Notes under the pieces: model-generated | The model's input: the letters and a program-made list of their open reading frames with translations, nothing else | Database searches by the model: none | What the model was told of the DNA's origin: nothing | Made by a program: the position numbers and the translations under genes | Virus record (IMG/VR): IMGVR_UViG_3300042519_001698 | DNA length: 64,000 bases | DNA from: a virus | Strand: one strand, 5' to 3' | In this document: in pieces, positions 21,037 to 29,567 of the stretch | Position numbering within the stretch: the stretch's first letter is position 1 | Layout: the number at the start of each line of letters is the position of its first letter

Positions 21037-21978
21037 ATGATTTTTAATAAAATGTTCTTTGAGTTACTTCAAGAACAAAACATACTTAAGACTTCAAAAA
21101 CACAACCGTTAGTGGATGCAATTAGACAAAGGCACCCAATAACGTTTTACTACACAGGTCCTCAAAAACCTGAGAAGGAAAGAGTATTGCCAGGTACAAG
21201 ACAAAGTGGAGAACCTGTTGCACTCGGATTAAGTAAAAGGGGTAATTTAATTATTAGAGTATTTGTACCGTCACCAAACGTTTCTAAAAAAGGTTTAGAT
21301 AAAACCCAATGGAGAACGTTTATGGTTTCAAGAATGAGTAATGTTAAAATTGATGATGAAGTTAAGTTTGACGAAAAAAGACCGCAATATAAAGAAGGTG
21401 ACGATGATTCCATGTCAGTTACATATGTAACATCGGATTGGACACATACACCCGAACCCCAAGCAGAACCAACCCCACAAGAAGAACCACAAGGACAACC
21501 TGAACCACAGGATGAACCTACACCTCAAGTTGAACCACAAGGACAACCTGAACCACAGGATGAACCTACACCTCAAGTTGAACCACAAGGACAACCTGAA
21601 CCTGTTGCGGTTGAACCTACAACACAAACTCAACCTACACCCGAACCTCAGACGGAACCAACACCAACTGAATTACCTCAACCAAAACCAGAAGTTAAAC
21701 CAAGTAAAGAACCGGTACAAACTGGTATCGTTACCCCACAAAATACAGACCAAGAGTATCAAAATAAATTGAAACAACAATATGATACTTTAAATCGTAG
21801 TTGGGTTGAAAAACAAAAAGAGGTCGGTGGTAATATAAAGGCCGGTGAAGGAACAAGAGCAAGATTTAAAAAAGAAGCTGAAAAGATTTTAAATAATCCA
21901 CAACCAAACGAGAATCCTGAAGAATTAAATAAATTACAAGAATCCATTAATCGAATTAAGACTTTAATGTTCTCGTAA
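21037..21978 (+). CDS. WYL-like N-terminal domain plus PEPQ-rich linker
   Basis: ITFYYTG...EPVALG...LIIRVF...WRTFMVSRMSNV is WYL-like; Pro/Glu/Gln linker follows. Confidence 0.7.
   Translation: MIFNKMFFELLQEQNILKTSKTQPLVDAIRQRHPITFYYTGPQKPEKERVLPGTRQSGEPVALGLSKRGNLIIRVFVPSPNVSKKGLDKTQWRTFMVSRMSNVKIDDEVKFDEKRPQYKEGDDDSMSVTYVTSDWTHTPEPQAEPTPQEEPQGQPEPQDEPTPQVEPQGQPEPQDEPTPQVEPQGQPEPVAVEPTTQTQPTPEPQTEPTPTELPQPKPEVKPSKEPVQTGIVTPQNTDQEYQNKLKQQYDTLNRSWVEKQKEVGGNIKAGEGTRARFKKEAEKILNNPQPNENPEELNKLQESINRIKTLMFS
21484..21602 (+). repeat. Perfect 48-bp tandem repeat, 2.5 copies (EPQGQPEPQDEPTPQV)
   Basis: Units start at 21484, 21532 and 21580. Confidence 0.95.
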
Positions 21979-22009
21979 AAAATTTTAAATTAGAAAAAAT
22001 ACAATAGAT

Positions 22010-22591
22010 ATGTCACAAACACACGGATCAATATCACAGAACGATTTAATGATGAAATTAGTTCAAGCAAAAAAAGTAATGAATAAAGTTGACGGTGGTA
22101 ACTACACAAAGGGTAATATAAATGAAAATATACTTAGAAGTGCTCCCGAAGACATCGATATGTCTGAATATCAATCAACTACGGTATCTAAACCAGTTAG
22201 TGGACCTGTTAACGTAAATAAAATACAAAATTCTAAATTACCCGACGCAATTAAACAAGCAATGATTAATCACCCTATTGAACAAATGCCATCCATTTCT
22301 TTAAATGAGACATTGGATATGGATTTTATTAAAGGAGCGAAACGTTTAATGGAACAAGAGGGAGTATCAACAAGACCATCGGCTCAAACAAAACAAACCA
22401 TTGTTAATAACAATATTGATATGAATGCAATTGCAGTTCTTATCGAGAATACAGTTCGTAAAGTAATGGATGAGAAATTAAATCAAATTTTGACCGCATC
22501 TACCACATCTACAATTAATGAAAACTTAGTACTCAAAGTGGGTGATTCAATCTTTAAAGGTAAAATTACTGGTGTAAATAAAGCAAAGTAA
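22010..22591 (+). CDS. Hypothetical protein
   Basis: 193-aa ORF in the operon. Confidence 0.75.
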   Translation: MSQTHGSISQNDLMMKLVQAKKVMNKVDGGNYTKGNINENILRSAPEDIDMSEYQSTTVSKPVSGPVNVNKIQNSKLPDAIKQAMINHPIEQMPSISLNETLDMDFIKGAKRLMEQEGVSTRPSAQTKQTIVNNNIDMNAIAVLIENTVRKVMDEKLNQILTASTTSTINENLVLKVGDSIFKGKITGVNKAK

Positions 22592-22642
22592 CATTTTGTT
22601 TTATCGTTTTTTTTCTCTATAATTTAGACATATAGTATTATT

Positions 22643-23869
22643 ATGTCGAAAATTAAAATTTTAGCAATTGCTTCAGATAAACACGGTGTCGGTAAGTTCA
22701 GAATTATGGACCCATATAAATTTATTGGTGAAAATTTCACTGATGATGTACATGTGGATTTTTCATTTAACGCCGAAGATAACGATGAGTTTTTTTTAAA
22801 TTACAATATTGTTGTATTTCACACGTTTATTCATCAAACAACTCACGAACATAATGTAAAGAGAATTATTTGGTTACAAAAACAAGGTATTAAAGTAATC
22901 ATGGACATTGACGATTTATGGTTTGTCGACCAACGTCATCCAATGTATCACCAAATTAAACATTCTAAGATAGGTGAAATGAAAGTTGAAATGATGAGAC
23001 TTTCAGATTATGTTACAACCACTACTCCAATTTTCTCGAAGACAATTAAAGATAGGTTAAAAATAAAAAATGTTTTAGTATTTCCAAATGCCGTTAATGA
23101 ACAAGAACCACAGTTTCAACCAAAACCAACAAAATCAAATAAAGTAAGATTTGGTTGGTTAGGTGGGTCATCACATTTACATGATATCGATTTAATGGCT
23201 CAAGGTATTTCAACCACACACAATTCATATAAAGACAAGGTTCAATTTGTACTATGTGGATTTGATACAAGAGGAAAAGTTACCGAAATTGATAGTAACA
23301 CTGGTCAACAAAGACAAAGAGATATTCAACCATTAGAGACGGTTTGGTATAAATATGAAAGTATATTTACAGATAAATTTACCGTTTTAAATCCTGAACA
23401 TAAAGCATATCTATCAACCTTTACTAATGGTGTGTATAATGATGAGAATGAACCATATAGAAGAAGATGGACTCAAGACATTACCACATATGCTAATAAC
23501 TACAACATGTTTGACGTATCATTAGCACCATTAGTGGTGTCTGATTTTAACATTAATAAATCACAATTAAAAGTTATCGAAGCTGGTTTCCATAAAAAAG
23601 CGGTAATTGCAAGTGAAACTGACCCATATCTTTTAGACTTAGTAAATGCGGTTGATAATGGGGTTTTCAACAAGAATGGTAATGCTTTATTAGTCAATCC
23701 AAAAAGAAATCATAAAGATTGGGCTAAACAAATGAAACGTTTAATCGACAACCCTAATATGATTGAAGATTTAGGTAATAGATTATATGAAACAGTTAAA
23801 GACACATATTCATTAAAAAAAGTGTGTAACGATAGAGTAGAATTTTTCAAATCAATTATAAATAAATAA
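22643..23869 (+). CDS. Glycosyltransferase (GT-B/GT4-like)
   Basis: DIDDLW, GWLGGSSHLHD, DVSLAPL...FNINKSQLKVIEAG...VIAS. Confidence 0.85.
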   Translation: MSKIKILAIASDKHGVGKFRIMDPYKFIGENFTDDVHVDFSFNAEDNDEFFLNYNIVVFHTFIHQTTHEHNVKRIIWLQKQGIKVIMDIDDLWFVDQRHPMYHQIKHSKIGEMKVEMMRLSDYVTTTTPIFSKTIKDRLKIKNVLVFPNAVNEQEPQFQPKPTKSNKVRFGWLGGSSHLHDIDLMAQGISTTHNSYKDKVQFVLCGFDTRGKVTEIDSNTGQQRQRDIQPLETVWYKYESIFTDKFTVLNPEHKAYLSTFTNGVYNDENEPYRRRWTQDITTYANNYNMFDVSLAPLVVSDFNINKSQLKVIEAGFHKKAVIASETDPYLLDLVNAVDNGVFNKNGNALLVNPKRNHKDWAKQMKRLIDNPNMIEDLGNRLYETVKDTYSLKKVCNDRVEFFKSIINK

Positions 23870-23880
23870 AACAAAAACAA

Positions 23881-24117
23881 ATGCACTACTTAGTAACTAT
23901 CGGTTATGAAACCGACCAACAGGACAGAGCTGGTAATCCTCGTCTTCAAAAATTAAAGTATATTATTGAAGCAGAAACAGTGGAAGAGGCGACTATTGTT
24001 GCTTCAAAGTATAGAGCGGGAGACGTTCGTGGAAGTGAAAGCATTTCAGTCGCTAAAATGGCAATTGAATGTATTATCGACCAAAAGAATACTCCTGAAT
24101 ATTACAAAATTAAATAA
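23881..24117 (+). CDS. DUF4494-like protein
   Basis: YLVTIGYE...QKLKYIIEAETVEEA pattern resembles Bacteroidota DUF4494. Confidence 0.55.
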   Translation: MHYLVTIGYETDQQDRAGNPRLQKLKYIIEAETVEEATIVASKYRAGDVRGSESISVAKMAIECIIDQKNTPEYYKIK

Positions 24118-24138
24118 CAATTTAAAACACCAACTGAT

Positions 24139-24351
24139 ATGGATTTCTATAGTCGTGAAATACAAATTATGCGTCAATCGCAAAGTAAAATGGCATTAGA
24201 GTACGTAACATCAGTTGGTGTTTCGGTTACTTTAGAGGAGTTGATACGTATAACCGATTTATTCGTGGAAATATGTTTAAGACCTCAAGATGATGACCTT
24301 AAAAAAAGAATTAAGGCATTAGATAAATGGTTGGAAGAAAAGAAAAAGTAA
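24139..24351 (+). CDS. Hypothetical protein
   Basis: 70-aa ORF in the operon. Confidence 0.7.
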   Translation: MDFYSREIQIMRQSQSKMALEYVTSVGVSVTLEELIRITDLFVEICLRPQDDDLKKRIKALDKWLEEKKK

Positions 24352-24353
24352 AA

Positions 24354-24977
24354 ATGGAAAAAGAAGAATTGGAAGGTTATGTAAATAAATTAAAAGAAAT
24401 GGAATTATCACTAATGAGTGATGAAACATTTGACGTTAATTTCATACAAGAATTGGACGATGTTTTAGGTAAATTAGCGAGTGATGTTGAAAAACAAGTT
24501 ACACCTAAGATGCCTAATTTTCCCACAAATTTTGGTACCATGAGTGAGGGTGTTATGGTTAAAGTTAAAAAACTACATCCAAACGCGGTGATTCCATCAT
24601 ATTCTAAAGTTGGAGATGCTGGTATGGATTTAACAATAACAAAAGAAATTGAAAACACATCATTTAGTGTTTCTTATGGTTTTGGGATTGCAATGGAGAT
24701 ACCTAAAGGACATGTTGGTTTAGTGTTCCCTCGTTCATCCGTTCGTAATCAAGATTTGATTTTATCTAATTGTGTTGGTGTAATTGATAGTGGTTATAGA
24801 GGTGAACTTCAAGCAACATTCAAAAAAACACAAGGTTTAGATTCTATAAAATATAATGTTGGTGATAGAGGAGCTCAAATAATCATATTACCATATCCAC
24901 AGGTATTTATGACTGAAGTACCCGAATTATCCGAATCTGATAGAGGTCAAGGTGGGTTTGGAAGTACTGGAAAATAA
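24354..24977 (+). CDS. dut: Trimeric dUTPase with N-terminal acidic extension; start moved to MEKEEL
   Basis: GDAGMDL, FPRSS, GVIDSGYRGEL, GDRGAQ, RGQGGFGSTG. Confidence 0.95.
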   Translation: MEKEELEGYVNKLKEMELSLMSDETFDVNFIQELDDVLGKLASDVEKQVTPKMPNFPTNFGTMSEGVMVKVKKLHPNAVIPSYSKVGDAGMDLTITKEIENTSFSVSYGFGIAMEIPKGHVGLVFPRSSVRNQDLILSNCVGVIDSGYRGELQATFKKTQGLDSIKYNVGDRGAQIIILPYPQVFMTEVPELSESDRGQGGFGSTGK

Positions 24978-25019
24978 GATATTTATAAATAATAAAAGTA
25001 GAATTTAAAAAAAGATATT

Positions 25020-25748
25020 TTGGCATTAAAACCTAAAATCAGTAAAAACCAACCAACCGTCCTAATCGAAGAAAAGAAAACATCACATAAAGATAAGATT
25101 AGACAAATTATCAAAAAACCCAAAGAAAAGTTTTTAACCAAAAACCAAGAAACTTATTGGAATGTTCTTGGGGAAAATCAAATCACATTATGTTTCGGTC
25201 CTGCGGGTGTGGGTAAGTCCTATATAGCGATGAAACGTGCGGTAGACCTATTACACGACGATTCTAACAAGTATGAGAAGATTATTATAGTTAGACCCGC
25301 AGTTGAGGCTGAGGAGAAATTAGGGTCACTTCCAGGTGGTTTAGAAGAGAAATTAGATCCATACATATATCCATCATATTATCTTTTAAATAAGATTATT
25401 GGTAAAGAGGCTCGTGAAACTTTAAAAGATATGGGTTATATTGAAGTTGCTGCTCTTGCTTACATGAGAGGATGGAACGTCGATAATACAATATTAGTTT
25501 TTGAAGAAGCACAAAACGCTACACCGTCCCAAATTAAGTTATTACTTACTCGTATTGGTTATAACTCAAAATTCTTTATTTCAGGAGATTTAGAACAATC
25601 TGACAAATATAAAGATAAAACCAAATCAGGACTTTACGACGCTAAAAAAAGATTACACGATGTTAAAGGAATTGGAATCTTTGAATTTGGAATGGAAGAC
25701 ATCGTAAGAAACCCAATCATAGGTGAAATATTGAATAGATACGATTAG
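25020..25748 (+). CDS. phoH: PhoH-family ATPase
   Basis: GPAGVGKS, LGSLPG, AYMRG, EEAQN, GDLEQSD, DIVRNP. Confidence 0.95.
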   Translation: MALKPKISKNQPTVLIEEKKTSHKDKIRQIIKKPKEKFLTKNQETYWNVLGENQITLCFGPAGVGKSYIAMKRAVDLLHDDSNKYEKIIIVRPAVEAEEKLGSLPGGLEEKLDPYIYPSYYLLNKIIGKEARETLKDMGYIEVAALAYMRGWNVDNTILVFEEAQNATPSQIKLLLTRIGYNSKFFISGDLEQSDKYKDKTKSGLYDAKKRLHDVKGIGIFEFGMEDIVRNPIIGEILNRYD

Positions 25749-25784
25749 GGTTTACTTATATCCCTAATCGTTCTATATTTTACT

Positions 25785-26432
25785 ATGGAAATATTTTTAA
25801 GTATTGATGGTGTATTGAGAAACACTATTCAAAAATTTGACTACCATTATAAAGACGCATATCTCGATTCTGAAACTGACGATACGTTTGAGTATAATGT
25901 AATTGAGCCAATTCATAATAATAACATTTTAGATTCATACAAATTCCAATCACAGGAAGAGTATGAATATTTTACATTTATAGAATATCCAATCGAGATA
26001 TTTGGTCACGCTGGTCTAAGCTATTCAACAACATTTAGTGATTTGAATAGAATGATACATGAAAATCCAGAACACACTTTCACATTAGTCGGTCTTGATG
26101 AACTTGGTAAATCGAAACCAGCCACTTTATTCTTTTTATCTAAGAATGGATTTCTTGGTAATAACATAACGTTTATTAAAAGCCAAGACATTGAAAATAT
26201 GTGGTCCAAATGTGATGTTTGGATTACGGATTGTGAAAAAATATTAGAAAAATGTCTTGATGAAAAAATAGGAATTAAATTCAATACGACTTATAATCAA
26301 TACTTTACTTATAAAAAAGAAATAACTAAATTAACTGAAATACAAGAACCATGGTTGAACTATTTGGAAAAACCTACTACATTGACCTTGACGGAATCAC
26401 AGCCAAATGTGGAACCGGAAAAAACATTGTAG
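25785..26432 (+). CDS. HAD-fold 5'(3')-nucleotidase-like protein with degenerate motif I
   Basis: LSIDGVLRN (first Asp replaced by Ser), DVWITD, FNTTYNQ. Confidence 0.6.
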   Translation: MEIFLSIDGVLRNTIQKFDYHYKDAYLDSETDDTFEYNVIEPIHNNNILDSYKFQSQEEYEYFTFIEYPIEIFGHAGLSYSTTFSDLNRMIHENPEHTFTLVGLDELGKSKPATLFFLSKNGFLGNNITFIKSQDIENMWSKCDVWITDCEKILEKCLDEKIGIKFNTTYNQYFTYKKEITKLTEIQEPWLNYLEKPTTLTLTESQPNVEPEKTL

Positions 26433-26641
26433 AAGAAGACGAAGTCGAGGGAGAGACACTTGAAATTAACATATTCAAGTATGAAATAATAAAAATGTGT
26501 TTAGAAAGGATTCTATCTGAATATGAGGAAGTTGACGATACGTTAGGTGCGTTTGGAAAAAATTCACAATCACTATCATTTAAAATAGCTTTTAACACTT
26601 TAATAAAATACGAAATATTAATCGAAGATGATGAACAATAA
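26351..26641 (+). CDS. Hypothetical protein
   Basis: 96 aa, natural-looking sequence; overlaps the HAD-like gene by 82 nt. Confidence 0.7.
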   Translation: MVELFGKTYYIDLDGITAKCGTGKNIVEEDEVEGETLEINIFKYEIIKMCLERILSEYEEVDDTLGAFGKNSQSLSFKIAFNTLIKYEILIEDDEQ

Positions 26642-27695
26642 TGAAAACATTGAAAAAATAAATACCGCATTAGGTAGATTGGAAGACAGTAAAAGTATTG
26701 TATATTTTTTAACATATGATACTAAAAATAACGCAAGAGCATCTGTTAAATACATTTATGATTTAGCATTAACATTAAATCAAAATGGAATAACGTCTAA
26801 AATTCTTGTAGAAGATTCAACGTATGTTGGTGTCGAATCTTGGTTAGGTGACAGGTATAAGGAATTAGAAGTTGTTTCAATTAAAGAAGATAAGGTTGAG
26901 ATTAATATTGACGATACGATTGTGGTACCTGAATATTACACAAATACCTTACAAAAACTATCTAGTATTAAATGTATTAAAGTGTTACTAATACAACAAA
27001 GAGAGTATATCTATGAGAATTTACCAATTGGTAGTAGATTCAGTGATTTTGGTTTTGATAAAATTATTACCACAACGGAACAATCTAAAAAATATTTAAT
27101 AGAATATTTTCCTGAAAGTTTAGTTTTCATTATACCACCAATTATTGAGGACATATTTACCCCATCATTATTAACATTAAAACCATATGTTGCAATTAGT
27201 GTAAGAGACAGAAGTATACAAAGAAAAATAATTTCTGAATTTTATTTGAAATTTCCACAATTAAGATGGATCACATTTAGAGATATGGTTCAAATGTCAT
27301 ATGAAGAGTTTTCAAATAATTTAAAAGAATGTATGGTTTCATTATGGGTAGATGATGATTCAACTTTTGGTACATTCCCATTAGAATCTATGAAATGCGA
27401 CGTTCCCGTAATTGGTAAAATTCCTGATACTGAACCAGATTGGTTAAGTGAAAATGGTATGTGGACATATGATGGAAATAAATTAGTTGACATATTAGGT
27501 ACCTATATTTTAGCTTGGATTGAAGGTGTAGAATTGACTCAAGAAGTTAAAGATAAAATGAAAGACACATTACTACCTTATAAAAAAGATATAACCGAAA
27601 ATAATATTTTATCTGTTTTTAATTCATTTAAAAATAAAAGAATTGAAACATTTAAATTAACATTAGATAAATTAAAATTAGAAGAAAATGCATAA
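26628..27695 (+). CDS. Glycosyltransferase (GT4-like)
   Basis: STFGTFPLESMKCDVPVIG matches the GT4 E-x7-E region, with only the second Glu kept. Confidence 0.75.
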   Translation: MMNNNENIEKINTALGRLEDSKSIVYFLTYDTKNNARASVKYIYDLALTLNQNGITSKILVEDSTYVGVESWLGDRYKELEVVSIKEDKVEINIDDTIVVPEYYTNTLQKLSSIKCIKVLLIQQREYIYENLPIGSRFSDFGFDKIITTTEQSKKYLIEYFPESLVFIIPPIIEDIFTPSLLTLKPYVAISVRDRSIQRKIISEFYLKFPQLRWITFRDMVQMSYEEFSNNLKECMVSLWVDDDSTFGTFPLESMKCDVPVIGKIPDTEPDWLSENGMWTYDGNKLVDILGTYILAWIEGVELTQEVKDKMKDTLLPYKKDITENNILSVFNSFKNKRIETFKLTLDKLKLEENA

Positions 27696-28479
27696 AATAA
27701 ATTATACGGTAATACTACCAGTTCATAAAATAGATGAGTTATATACAGAATTATTAATTAACTCAGTAGGTTCAATTCAAGATTTTCATAACGATGTTTT
27801 GTTAACTATTGTTTGTCCTAAAGATGTTAAATCTGAAATTGAAAAAATTGATTTAGGTCAAAAATTACAAATCACATACTTAGAAAATAAGGGTCAAACA
27901 GATTTTTGTTCACAAGTAAATTTGGGTGTTGAAAATTGCAACACTGAATGGTTTACAATTTTAGAAATTGACGATGAGTTTAGACCAAATTGGTTAAAAT
28001 CGGTTAACGAATATACTGAAGAAAATAAAGATGTGGATGTTTTCTTGTCAATCGTTAAAGATGTTAACGTAAATGGAGAATTCATCAGTTTTACAAATGA
28101 ATCTGTTTGGGCTTATGGATTTAGTGACTCCCAAGGTAGTTTAGATAACGAAGTTTTATTGGAATATGAAAATTACCAAACAAGTGGTGGTTTATATAGA
28201 ACAAAAGTGATGAAAGAACAAGGATTTTTTAAAGACAACGTTAAATTAACGTTTAGTCACGAATTACTTTTAAGATTAACGCACAATAATATTAAAATAA
28301 TGACAATACCTAAAATTGGATATCAACATGTTAATTTTAGAGAAGATTCTTTATTTTTTAACCTTAAAAATGATGAAAACAGTAAATTAACTGAAGATGA
28401 AGTTAAGTTTTGGATGGATACAGCAAAAAAAGAATTTTTCTTTAAAAATAAACGTGATGTAACATATACTAAAGCCTAA
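27688..28479 (+). CDS. Glycosyltransferase (GT2/GT-A)
   Basis: TVILPVH, QVNLGVENCNTEWFTILEIDD (DxD-like). Confidence 0.85.
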   Translation: MHKINYTVILPVHKIDELYTELLINSVGSIQDFHNDVLLTIVCPKDVKSEIEKIDLGQKLQITYLENKGQTDFCSQVNLGVENCNTEWFTILEIDDEFRPNWLKSVNEYTEENKDVDVFLSIVKDVNVNGEFISFTNESVWAYGFSDSQGSLDNEVLLEYENYQTSGGLYRTKVMKEQGFFKDNVKLTFSHELLLRLTHNNIKIMTIPKIGYQHVNFREDSLFFNLKNDENSKLTEDEVKFWMDTAKKEFFFKNKRDVTYTKA

Positions 28480-29178
28480 ATGCCAAGAAAACGAACCCAA
28501 AAAATATACTTTGGGGAGGATCAAGAAGAAGCGGTAGTACGATATTTAAAATCCGAAGACGAAGACGAACGAAATAAGATATTCAATGAATATTTAAGAG
28601 AACCCCTAATAATAATGGTTGAATCTATAATTCGCCGTTATAAACTTTATAGAAAAGACATGGAATTCAATGAAATCCATACGGATACCATGTCTTTTTT
28701 AATTACAAAAATTAATAAATTCAATCCCGACGCAAATCATAAGGCATATTCGTACTTTGGTACAATATGTAAGAATTATTTGATGGGGGCAATACAAAAA
28801 GACACTAAAGAACAAAATAGACAAGTATCGTATGACGATATTTCTTCGGATATTGAGGGTCGTAGTGATTTATCTTATGTTATTGACGAATATGTCATTG
28901 ATTATAGAGATGTAATTATTAAACTAACAAATACTTTAGAAGAGTTCATGGAAAAGGAAAATTTAACCGAAAATGAACAAAAATTAGGGTATGCATTACT
29001 TGAAATTTTTGAAAATTTTGACAAAATCTTCCAAGTGGGTGACGGTAATAAGTTTAATAAAAATCTAATCTTACTCTCATTACGAGAAATGACCTCATTA
29101 TCGACTAAAGAAATAAGAATCTCCCTTAAAAGATTTAAAAAATTATATAGTGGTATTTTAGTTGGGTTTTTAGAATAA
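28480..29178 (+). CDS. Late sigma factor (T4 gp55-like; sigma70 region 2)
   Basis: KINKFNPDANHKAYSYFGTICKNYL resembles the sigma region-2/gp55 core. Confidence 0.7.
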   Translation: MPRKRTQKIYFGEDQEEAVVRYLKSEDEDERNKIFNEYLREPLIIMVESIIRRYKLYRKDMEFNEIHTDTMSFLITKINKFNPDANHKAYSYFGTICKNYLMGAIQKDTKEQNRQVSYDDISSDIEGRSDLSYVIDEYVIDYRDVIIKLTNTLEEFMEKENLTENEQKLGYALLEIFENFDKIFQVGDGNKFNKNLILLSLREMTSLSTKEIRISLKRFKKLYSGILVGFLE

Positions 29179-29192
29179 ATCTATTTATTGGT

Positions 29193-29567
29193 ATGAGAAC
29201 ACAAAGAAACAATATTACTTTAGATGTAGATTCCGCATTAGCTTTAATGCAGGAAATTTATAATGATGTTGTTGAAAACAGGAACACCGCATCTACAATC
29301 ATGAGAAAAATGATGAGTTTCATGAAAGACGCTGAAGATATGAGTGTTATTGGTCCTGTAATTAAAGAACAACAAAAAATCCTTAATGATTGTACTGAAA
29401 AGAAAATCTCTTTAGTTAAGTTACAAGGGGTTTTATTAAAACAAACCACAGGTAGTGGAGGTAAAGGTATGCCTATGGGTAGAATGGAGTTATCAGATGA
29501 AGATAAAAGAATATTAGACCAATTGGTAAACGATGGGGATAATAATAAAGATAATTACTCAATATAA
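29193..29567 (+). CDS. Helical hypothetical protein, possible small terminase subunit
   Basis: 124 aa with predicted antiparallel helices; TATTTATT upstream; no gp16 next to TerL. Confidence 0.35.
   Translation: MRTQRNNITLDVDSALALMQEIYNDVVENRNTASTIMRKMMSFMKDAEDMSVIGPVIKEQQKILNDCTEKKISLVKLQGVLLKQTTGSGGKGMPMGRMELSDEDKRILDQLVNDGDNNKDNYSI

Noticed and set aside
21484-21602. CRISPR array
   Set aside because: The 48-bp units are contiguous with no spacers and stay in frame; a coding tandem repeat. The same applies to 38841-39032 and 58237-58300
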